DNA of 28,481 nt. It comes from Ginkgo biloba. Lineage: Eukaryota; Plantae; Ginkgophyta. The notes beneath the pieces were generated by a model that made no database searches, was not told the origin of the DNA, and saw only the letters and a program-made list of their open reading frames with translations. A program made the translations under genes and the position numbers. Location: positions 8,517,945 through 8,546,425 of the forward strand of contig JANKJI020000004.1 of assembly GCA_024626585.2 (NCBI GenBank), given 5' to 3'. Shown one piece after another: positions 1 to 9,122 of the stretch (positions are counted from its first letter, which is position 1; each line of letters opens with the position of its first letter).

Positions 1-129
1 TGGACAAGAAGTAACCAAAAAAAGAATTCGATCAAATTGACAAGTTCAACAAGTTTTATGACCTACTCATAAAGAATATAATAAGATCTCAACCATTTAT
101 AGGACATAAAAGCCAATTCGACAAGCTAA

Positions 130-647
130 GTAGCAAAACTAAACAATTCATTTATAGAAATATATTTAATGGATGAATTAGACCAAATAAGATTTATTCT
201 AAAATGATTAGAAGGACATGCATACATATGGGCATCTAAATTATATATTGATTAAGTACTATAAACACATAGTTTAGATGGTTCAAAAGCAACTTTTTAT
301 AAAGAGAAGATCACAATTAGGGTGAATCTTATCGAAGTTCAAATCTTCTAATGCCTTCGAAGAGTAATGATGATATGAATTTCTAATATTTATACCTCAC
401 CTACCATAAATGAAGAACTGAGATCCAAGTAAATTGAACCATATGTATATCTTTGTTATCATGAAGTTCGATGGTAAAACCATGGTAAGCATTTATAAGA
501 CATTGGTTATAGAGTGCCAAGAGAATTGTATATAAAAATAATTAAAGATGAAATGAATTAAGTGGAGAAGAAGTAGTCTAGAAGAAATAAACATGAGTAT
601 ATGCCAACTGGTGCTTTGAGGAAAAAACATCTTAAGAAGGGATGGAA
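130..647 (+). mobile_element. Degenerate Ty3/gypsy internal remnant (gag-like segment running into the element 3' end)
   Basis: Translation from 169 gives MDELDQIRFILK*LEGHAYIW, resembling the gag motif (Q/K)IRFAxxKLEGHAxxW. The segment ends in tgctttgaggaaaaaacatctt plus a purine tract, like gypsy 3' ends. Motif recognition only, no database search. Confidence 0.5.
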
Positions 648-879
648 TGTAATGAACCTATTCTAAATCCTAATAGATGGTCCTACATGTGCATAAACAT
701 AATATGATGGCTAGGACACATGCTTCAAAGGTGGACCATATTAAGAGGAAGAGATATTTTATCTTTTCAAAATAAATTTATATAATTGTGGTTAATTATG
801 TGGCGATAAGTAAAATTGTATTAGTGTTCTAAGAAGGTATGTTAGGATTTGTGTAATGATTGAATACAATTAGGTTCAT
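634..879 (+). mobile_element. Polypurine tract and start of a 3' LTR
   Basis: Purine tract aagaagggatggaa (634-647) is immediately followed by TGTAATG (648), the canonical PPT|TG junction. The LTR is truncated by the gap at 880. Confidence 0.55.
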
Positions 880-1585
880 NNNNNNNNNNNNNNNNNNNNN
901 NNNNNNNNNNNNNNNNNNNNNNNNNNNNNNNNNNNNNNNNNNNNNNNNNNNNNNNNNNNNNNGTCATTTCTTAATTCTAAAAAAGAACCCCATTGACGGT
1001 CTCTTAAAGTAATATACCTAACCTTCCTCTTAAACTATTTGATATATGTGCGATATTTCATTATTACAGAGTAAATTATCTCATGCATATGGTGTGATTA
1101 TTATGGCATTTTTATAATATATTACTAATCTAAGTATGTGATTCCTTAAGGTTCATTACATATCAATAACATAATTTATACTTTACACACTAATAATTTT
1201 ACTATTAGTTTGGCATTAATATATCGTATTAGAGATATGAGCACTCATCTAAATCTATCCATAAACCCAACATCAAGTAATGGACATAAATAGTTTCAAT
1301 GGCAGATAAAAGATGGTAAGAGAAAAATATGTCCTATGCACATATGCACGAAACACTCTAAATCTAATGGGCAGATATTTTTATCTCAAAATTTTCTTAA
1401 TGTTAAAGTTGATTAAACATATAATTATTAAAGTCATTTTGAACAAGTATGTATTTTATATTATTTCCACACCCCCACCTAAAATATTAAATATTATGAT
1501 TTTAATTTTTTCTCTCTAAGATATTTTATCACTTACATCANNNNNNNNNNNNNNNNNNNNNNNNNNNNNNNNNNNNNNNNNNNNN

Positions 1586-2410
1586 CTAATGAAGTAAAGC
1601 AAATCAATATCATGGAAAAATTTAATCACTATGGCGATATTAGAACATTATAGGGATGTAAAATAATTCATTTAATGTTGTTATCATAAGACATGTAAGT
1701 CATTTTAGTAATAATTCAATGTCCTTGCCTATAACTGTAAGAATGGTGAACACTCTCAAGACAGGGTTAAAAGCTAGAAAAAAAAAAAAAATTATTATTA
1801 GATATACCATTAGCATATTATTTTACTAAAGTTAAGTAACTCATATATGTAGGTGACTATAACATCAATTGGTAATGCATAATCACTATATGAGAGAGAG
1901 TCTCATTCTTTTACACCACGCATGATGTTTCATAATTCACTATTATCACATAGTAAACTTCTTATATGATTTTAATAAAAAATCAAAATCATCCTAATCT
2001 TATCTACAAGTATTGTAATTTATAACTTTTATGAAAATGAAATGCCATTACCCTTTGATATCTAAACATGCATGCAAGAAACATAGTCAAAGTGATTTTA
2101 GTCGTTCATGTATATGACACATTACATTTGGGTCCCTCCACAAAGTTCCCCCTCATCTCACTTTACTTCATGTACAAACTAAAACACACAAGAGAAGTGT
2201 AAGCCAAGAGAGAACAAAGGGGAAATATCATCTTTCGGCTCTTGAAATAAATCCAACCATACATGCGACTTGAAAGGGGCAATATAATCTTTCAACGCTT
2301 GAAATGAATCTAACCATACTTAGGACTCAAAAATTTCTTTCACTACCTTCCATGAGCTCACCAAAAAAAAATAAAAATTTTCCTTTGAAAACTTCACACA
2401 CATGTTACAA
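1586..2410 (-). mobile_element. 3' end of a minus-strand LTR retrotransposon (3' UTR with tandem repeat, PPT, 3' LTR start at 2126)
   Basis: The minus strand reads gagggggaactttgtggagggacccaaa|TGTAATGTGTCA at 2154->2115, a Tat/Ogre-like PPT followed by a TG LTR start. A 57-bp tandem repeat lies just upstream. Outer boundaries are approximate. Confidence 0.45.
2216..2330. repeat. Two diverged tandem copies of a 57-bp unit
   Basis: aaaggggaaatatcatctttcggctcttgaaataaatccaaccatacatgcgacttg (2216) vs aaaggggcaatataatctttcaacgcttgaaatgaatctaaccatacttaggactca (2273). Confidence 0.85.
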
Positions 2411-2899
2411 ACACTTCCTAGTTTAGACCCACCACAAAATCATTTTATTTTTGAGGACAACACACAACTTACAACCGCCTGACTTGACCATTGGTTATTT
2501 GTTCTCTAACTATCTTAAAGCTTAACCACAAAGATTCAAATAAGCAAAATAATGGGGAGTACAATTTTTAACAATTTGATATATTGATATGCAATAAATT
2601 ATCCTTTTATGGTAACTAAGTTGAGTATATTTTATGAAGCTCCAAAAACGACGGATTTGAAAAGAATTTATAATCTAGCTTACTAAGAGAGGATGGTTTG
2701 GATGTGCGTGTATTCTGCCCCATCTGTTAATTTGTAATTTTCTTCCATATTCTAATTATTCCCACAAAATTCTGCTAACAAATCCATTGCTATAGATCTC
2801 TTCCACAGTTGTTTTCTATTTCCTCTCCATTTGGATGCACATGTCCTTCACCTTCATTGGCCTAATGTTCTTTTACATAGGTTAAGGCTATAATCCAAG

Positions 2900-3330
2900 A
2901 CTTTCAGTTGAGATTGTTGTTGTGAGAACAAGTATTACTAGAGTTGTTTGCTCTTCCTGATGCATATGATTGGTCTTAAGGTCTCTCTTTCCCAATGGTT
3001 TAAGCTCACAATACAATGATTTATTGATCCATCTAATTGTTGTTTGATCTGTTCCAACGAGAAGCATTGCTAGAGATTTGCCAAGGGAGTCATGAGTTAC
3101 TTCAAGATTTTGATGGGTTTATGTAAGTGATTATTTCAAGATGGATATGAGCACACTTATGATTAAAATCACATTTGATGGAGTATTTCTTAGATGGGTT
3201 GGCTCCAAAGCTTAGGAAAAGATTCTTCAACATCCCTTTCGGGATTATGACCAAGCTTGAGATCTAGTGCTACAATTTGAGAAGCAGTTGTAGATTAAAG
3301 ACCCATAGGTGTTTGACCACCAAGATTAGG
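2900..3330 (+). mobile_element. Degenerate retrotransposon gag (Retrotrans_gag-like) remnant
   Basis: The frame from 3067 reads LLEICQGSHELLQDFDGF...HLMEYFLDGLAPKLRKRF, with the gag QGxxE...F and FLxGL motifs, interrupted by stops. Confidence 0.6.
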
Positions 3331-3778
3331 GATAACCTGGAAGGTAGTTGTGAAGATATTAGTAACCATCCTTGAGGTTTTTCATATTGACTTGAACCTA
3401 ATAGAGGATCTTTAAAGACATGAGTGAACAGTTTGCAAGCAACAATGGCAAAGTTGACCATAAAAATGCAACAACCACTTGTGTGANNNNNNNNNNNNNN
3501 NNNNNNNNNNNNNNNNNNNNNNNNNNNNNNNNNNNNNNNNNNNNNNNNNNNNNNNNNNNNNNNNNNNNNNNNNNNNNNNNNNNNNNNNNNNNNNNNNNNN
3601 NNNNNNNNNNNNNNNNNNNNNNNNNNNNNNNNNNNNNNNNNNNNNNNNNNNNNNNNNNNNNNNNNNNNNNNNCAAAATAGGACTATGACCTTGTATAGGG
3701 GTATTATTTATTATGACTATCATGCACATGTTTTAAGATTTTATAACTAAGTGAACCCCCCAAGGATCAACGCAACGA

Positions 3779-3790
3779 ATGGATCCATAA
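3779..3790 (+). promoter_or_regulatory. Minimal upstream ORF (Met-Asp-Pro-stop)
   Basis: ATG GAT CCA TAA ends 17 nt before the main ATG at 3808 and is out of frame with it. Function is unproven. Confidence 0.4.
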
Positions 3791-3807
3791 TCCTAGAAAA
3801 GGAGAAT

Positions 3808-4209
3808 ATGAAGTTCAAGGAAGGAACGGCTGTAGAGGTTTGCAGGAGAGATGAGGGCTCTCTGGGTTCCTGGTTCAGAGCCAGGATAATGTCAGCTGAT
3901 GGGCATCGTTACAAAGTTGAGTATGAACATCTTTTGAATACTGATGGACGATCTCGAACAGAAGAAGCCCTTTCCGAGGCAATCAGACCTGTCCCTCCCC
4001 CTTCAGAAGAAGCAGGGAAGTGGGTATCTGGTGATACAATTGAAGTTTATGATCGTTATTCATGGAAGATTGGAAAAATAGTAAAGGTTTTGCCAAACAA
4101 TTTCTTCGTCATCAGATTGTTGGAACCATTTCAACAGAAAACATGCCACCTATCAAATCTCCGGCCTCGGTTGTTTTGGCAGGATGGCAAGTGGGTTCGG
4201 ACCCAACAG
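3808..4209 (+). CDS. Agenet/Tudor-ENT domain protein (plant Tudor-like family), coding exon 1: two tandem Agenet domains
   Basis: MKFKEGTAVEV...GSWFRARI...YKVEY...IRPVPP, then WVSGDTIEVYDRYSWKIGKIVKVL...SNLRPRLFWQDGKW, both typical Agenet repeats. Ends at a phase-0 donor CAG|GTAAAG (4209/4210). The GTG start at 3751 in the ORF track is not the eukaryotic start. Confidence 0.93.
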
Positions 4210-7200
4210 GTAAAGGGCCAACTCTAGCAAGCCTTTTCTTTTTAGGGATTTGTTTTTTCTTTCTTATTGTAGTTTGTATGAATCATTAAGGTGGCCTTAT
4301 TTTGTTGCTGTGTGTTTTAGGACATTTCTTCTGTTTATCATTAACAGTGGAGCTTTGTCAGCTTCTTTAATAAATGTTTCCTATGATTATAATTCTTTTG
4401 GTACATATCTTTAACAGTAAAGTAGAATATTTTTTGGAGAAGTTTCTCAACCTTTTTTTGTCCTCCCTTGACTTGGTAGCTGAACTGCGGTAGACTATTT
4501 GGTAAGAGATTTGTGCTTCTACTCTTCAAGTTTTATAGGAAAATACTATTTCACCACCTATATTTCATAACATAGGCCACTATGCTACTTTGCCAATGGA
4601 GAGCATTTGGCTATACAGAGTTGGGGCCTTAATCACTATTGGGGAACATATTGTTCTGTTGTTCTCTTTCTTTTTGGTTAAGATTTCCGTTTTGTTTTTG
4701 TCTGTAATTTTTTTTTTTTTTACTATTCCTACCTGTGAGAAATAATTGCTACAAGTCGAGTCCTAAATGCATTTAATGTTGATATATACACATGATCCAA
4801 TCAAATTTCTTTTGATGCATTATTGTGGAATATTAATAATTATAGAATATTTGTCAATTTTTAATAATTTATATATCATTTCTTCGTTAGGGAGGGAGAT
4901 GGTTGAATGGATATGTCTTCCTTTTTAGTATAGATGTGAAATTGCAAATTGAATTATGCTGCTCTTTCATTTCAGTTTCTTATCTGGGGACAGGGTTCTT
5001 ACTTAACAAGACCTTTTTGGTGAACGCTCCTCTTTCCTTCTGGGCACTTAAAGATTTCTACTCTGGTAGTATCTTTCTGTTTTTGGGATCTGTGTATTTT
5101 ACTTTTGTCTCAGTTTCTGCATTAGAGATTGCTTTTGTCATGACTTCTGAGTTTATTTCTTTTTGGGTGCTTGCAATTTCTATTTTGAATGGTTAATTAT
5201 GTAGACAAAATTATGCATTTTTGGTCTCAGTTTCTTTGTTGCAAATTTGATTTGTAACGGGATTATTCAGTTATGTTTTTTTAATTATGTACTTGAATTT
5301 TTTTGGATGTGTCTTTAAGCTTGGACATTTTTATGTTTATAGAATTATGCTGCTATTTTATGCATTGAAGATTTGGTTCTTAACTATATTCTTTAGTTTA
5401 TGCTACGTTGTGTTTTCTTATAACATATTAAAAATGGTAAATTAATGTTGCTTTCTACTGACTAATATTGATATTAATTTCAGTAATGGTGCATGGAATC
5501 GGTCATCTGTTGTACTAATATTGAGATTAATTTACGTGGCAGTTTAGTGGAATTGGCCTCTAGTCTGAATGTTCGCTCTCAACTGATCACTCTCTCAATC
5601 CAAGGAAGTTACACTTCTTTTACATCCCCTCTGTAGAAGGGCTGTTCTTTCCTTTTGTTTCTTCAGTTAAGATGCATGATCAGATGGAGGTGGCAAAGAC
5701 TTGCATTTAAGTCACAGTGTTTCAAGAAGTTCCAGGATGCAAATGCTGCTATGGCTTGCATGGATGCACTAGTTGTGCAAGAGCAACTCAAGGCCTTTAG
5801 AGGGAGCCTCTTTGTACAAGCAACGGGACAGCTAGGCCCTTGTTGCTGGAAACATGCCTTTTGGCCAACAGTTATTTTTCTTCACTGAAATTTTATATTG
5901 CATACCCTCTGGCCATCTGGATGATTGTAGAGGGCAAACCTCTTCATCCATGAGAGGATGATATTTGCCATGATTAATGATATATTAATAACATAGGCTT
6001 TGTAACATCATGATCCCCATGTGTGAACTGTATCTCAGCTTTCCGTGTTTATGATGGGAACTGCTGTACAGCTGTAGGTGTCATTGTTTGTCTACATGCC
6101 TTTTAAAATACCTGTTTTACAGTAATTTATCCTCCAAAGTGGGAGACCCATTTGCTGTCAGTTTTCTCATGAATCTTATTAACTTGCGAGTCTATCTCTT
6201 TATAGCCATCATCTTCTTTTGGTGTTTTTGTAGGTAAAGAACATTTACATATTTGCCGTTGCATTTTCCTTTTAGGATCTGCTTGCCTTACACATAATGG
6301 AAGTGTGTTTTATTGCAATGGCAACAAAATATTGCTTCCAAGTGAGTTTTCTAATAAGACAATTTTTATTCGGAAAATGTACGTTGTTAGGAATTGGAGT
6401 TAAGTTTGCCATGTGTTACTTGCTCTATGTTAATGTTTTTGGTTTTGGCTCTGAACTTTGGGATTTCAGACATTTTAGTTTGCCCGAGTCTGAAAATTCA
6501 CAGGATTTCTCAATTTAACATTGACAGTCTCTTAATCTTAACTGACTTATTATCTAGCCTTTACTCTCTTGTCTGCAGCAATACAAAAGCAGTTATGTAT
6601 TAGAGCCAATACTTCCCTTGATCCAACTTGTACTGGTGAGATCCTTAGTTCGTAAGAACAAAATGAGTAAAGCTTGAAGATGCTTCATGGTTTGGGATGC
6701 TCAAGACATGCAGCTCTTCTTAAGCAGTCGACTTTTCCGACATCTTTGTTTTTATGGCAAGAGTACCTGTCTGAAAGGTCTGATAGGTTAATGCTTATGT
6801 TTTTAGTTTAATATGAGAACTGGCCATGCGCTCAGCACGCACATCAAGTGAACTGACGAATAGAGAGATTCCGTGAGAAGCAAAAATTGCAAGTTTGCAA
6901 TCTGTAGATTTGATAACATTGGCTTGTTTTCGCCAGCCCTCTAGGGGTAGATTGTGTTTGATGACTTGGGAAGTTCATTCAAGAGTCTTCTGGCCTAGTG
7001 TATTGCACCCGAGTTGTCATGATTCATGAACTTTCATAAGGGATGTTTCTTTCCTGGAACTTCATAATGTCTTGGAGACCAAGACTTCAAAATTTCGTTA
7101 TTCATGTTTTGGTATCATGTTTGTGGACAACATGTCTGGCACATTATCATTTTCTTACTCTGCTGCTGGACGTTTTCTATGTATTGTTTTAAAGATAAAT

Positions 7201-7276
7201 TGAATCATACTTTGTTTAATAATTGTGTTGTTTTGTTGTTGCCTGATGTTTTTTTATTTTTTTCATTTTCATGCAG
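4210..7276 (+). other. 3,067-bp GT-AG intron (phase 0)
   Basis: Donor GTAAAG at 4210, T-rich interior, long polypyrimidine tract and TGCAG| acceptor at 7272-7276. It joins both ORFs in frame (TQQ|VARN). Confidence 0.88.
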
Positions 7277-8143
7277 GTTGCTAGAAATCAAAATGGTGCT
7301 GCCAATGAGTTCCTTTTGGACACTGTCCGAGGGATGCCATCTTTGGCAACATTTCCGCAGGGATCGCATGCTGGAGAGCAGTTGCAAAGCCCAATAGAGA
7401 AAATACATGCCGGAAACAGGAATAATGGAAAACATGGAGCTACCTTCTATCCACAGAAACCTCTGAAGGCTTCTGTTCACTTAAATGCTGGAAAGCGAAA
7501 ATCAATGCAATCTGCCTATGATGGGGAGGCTGCTGCTCCAAAAAAGAGATTTACCCAGAAACTGTGTAGTCGTCAAGGGGCAGTAGCAGAATCGGCACTT
7601 TCCATGCTGGAAAAGGTAGATACAATTCCTTACCCCAGAAAGCATATGGGCAAGGAATCTGCATACATGTCTTTGTTTAGAGACAGAATAATTGGATGTT
7701 CAGAAGTGGAGCAAGGGAAGGAAAAAGTGAAAGTGCATGGCCAACATCATGCAACAAAATTTATAGAAACTACTGAAGCTGAGAGTAGTCACTGCTCTGT
7801 TGCTAGTAGTAGTAGTAGCTATAATCTATCAAATAATCTGTTTCATTCTGATGTAAAATGTCCTATCCGACCAGTAGCCAATAGTCCTATTGATGACGCT
7901 CAGTCTTCCTGTGAGTGTGCAAATGGGAGACGAGATGAATTTCCTTCTCAAGAAGAGGTAGCAGCAAAAGTACATAAATTAGAGCTTTATGCATATGGCT
8001 CTGCAATGAGAGCTTTTTATGCTTCTGGGCCCTTAAGTTGGCAGCAAGAGGCCTTGTTGACTAACCTCCGTCTTTCACTTTGTGTTTCCAATGATGAGCA
8101 TTTGCTTGAGTTGAGACGTTTGTGCTCTGCTCAAGCAGTATAA
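7277..8143 (+). CDS. Agenet/Tudor-ENT domain protein, coding exon 2: linker, NLS-like motif, C-terminal ENT domain
   Basis: 288 uninterrupted codons. The C-terminal VHKLELYAYGSAMRAFYASGPLSWQQEALLTNLRLSLCVSNDEHLLELRRL (about 7970-8122) is an ENT domain. It also contains KRK-x13-KKR (7493-7549) and the LEKVD..YP and CSVAS motifs. Confidence 0.93.
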   Translation, partial: VARNQNGAANEFLLDTVRGMPSLATFPQGSHAGEQLQSPIEKIHAGNRNNGKHGATFYPQKPLKASVHLNAGKRKSMQSAYDGEAAAPKKRFTQKLCSRQGAVAESALSMLEKVDTIPYPRKHMGKESAYMSLFRDRIIGCSEVEQGKEKVKVHGQHHATKFIETTEAESSHCSVASSSSSYNLSNNLFHSDVKCPIRPVANSPIDDAQSSCECANGRRDEFPSQEEVAAKVHKLELYAYGSAMRAFYASGPLSWQQEALLTNLRLSLCVSNDEHLLELRRLCSAQAV

Positions 8144-8229
8144 CTTCACTTCTTTATAAATTTCACTGAATTATAGAGATTCAGGCCAGTGAAGGGTTGC
8201 CTTCTGTGTAGTTGGTTCCTACGACTACT

Positions 8230-9122
8230 ATTTTCTTTATTCCTCAGTTGCTCTTGCTGCAGATCAAGCANNNNNNNNNNNNNNNNNNNNNNNNNNNNNN
8301 NNNNNNNNNNNNNNNNNNNNNNNNNNNNNNNNNNNNNNNNNNNNNNNNNNNNNNNNNNNNNNNNNNNNNNCCCCATGATCAACCTAACAAAAATGGTATC
8401 TTGTTGGAATCTTTACCTCAATGTTAGCTACTCTTTTGTAAGTCTCCTCAATATAGTATGCTTCCTCATTTAAATTGTCTCTCTATGGGGGTAGATGATC
8501 CTTCAAACTCAACCATATAAGACAACTCTTGACATTTCTTACTGTCGTCACCTCCCATAAACGTGAACCTTTCCCTAAATGTGCAATACGAACCTCGTTT
8601 CATGCTCTAGTTCGTTCAAATGCAATGAGATCTCCATCAACTCTTTGTGTTGCTATCACCCACACTTGTTTGAATTCATGGGCCATTAATATCTACCTGT
8701 GTTCAAGAATTGTGTGATCAAATCTAGCCCATCGAGTAGGATATCATCTTAATAGTTCAACACCCCTAGAACATAGATCAAGAAACTCCAATCCTATGCA
8801 ATCACTCGATGTCTTCAAGGCATTTGATGAATTNNNNNNNNNNGCAATAATTGTACACCATGTAATGGCACTGGTTGAAAATGGCATTTCCTTTTGTCCT
8901 ATTTGTTATCTTTAATAACATACCTCCAACACTCATGGGATGAGACGTGGCACCATCATAAGAGACCCTTTGGCATCGTCATTCTCATACAATCTTTCTT
9001 CAAAAAGTATCACTTTCATACGTGTCTCCTCTATTTCTTACACAAAGTGTCTATAAACCAACCTTTCCAACCACTAAGATAATTTTCTTTATTCCTCAGT
9101 TGCTCTTGCTGCAGATCAAGCA
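8230..9122 (+). repeat. Exact 41-bp direct duplication (8230-8270 and 9082-9122) flanking a 100-N gap and unrelated sequence
   Basis: attttctttattcctcagttgctcttgctgcagatcaagca occurs twice. The first copy ends exactly at the gap edge. Confidence 0.95.
8371..9081 (-). pseudogene. Degenerate minus-strand reading frame, probably transposon-derived
   Basis: 8833->8380 reads about 150 codons (NSSNALKTSSDCIGLEFLDLCSRGVELLR*YPTRWARFDHTILEHR*ILMAHEFKQVW...) with only four internal stops, all TGA/TAG. Family not recognised. Confidence 0.4.

Noticed and set aside
3751-3807. N-terminal extension from GTG at 3751
   Set aside because: Non-ATG start from a prokaryote-style ORF caller. The Agenet similarity begins at the ATG at 3808.
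4903-5196. Hydrophobic 'membrane protein' ORFs here and at 9853-10274 and 15400-15708
   Set aside because: F/L/I-rich translations of T-rich intron, UTR or antisense purine-rich DNA, with no domain or splice support.
7271-7276. Independent gene starting at ATG 7271
   Set aside because: The ATG is part of the ATGCAG acceptor after a polypyrimidine tract, and the ORF splices in frame to exon 1.
4210-7276. Intronic miRNA or snoRNA
   Set aside because: I saw no long hairpin or properly spaced C/D boxes with a terminal stem by eye. An Infernal/Rfam search would be needed to exclude one.
8230-9122. 41-bp repeat as a target-site duplication
   Set aside because: Much longer than LTR or TIR TSDs, no poly(A) tail at the junction, and one copy ends exactly at a contig edge.
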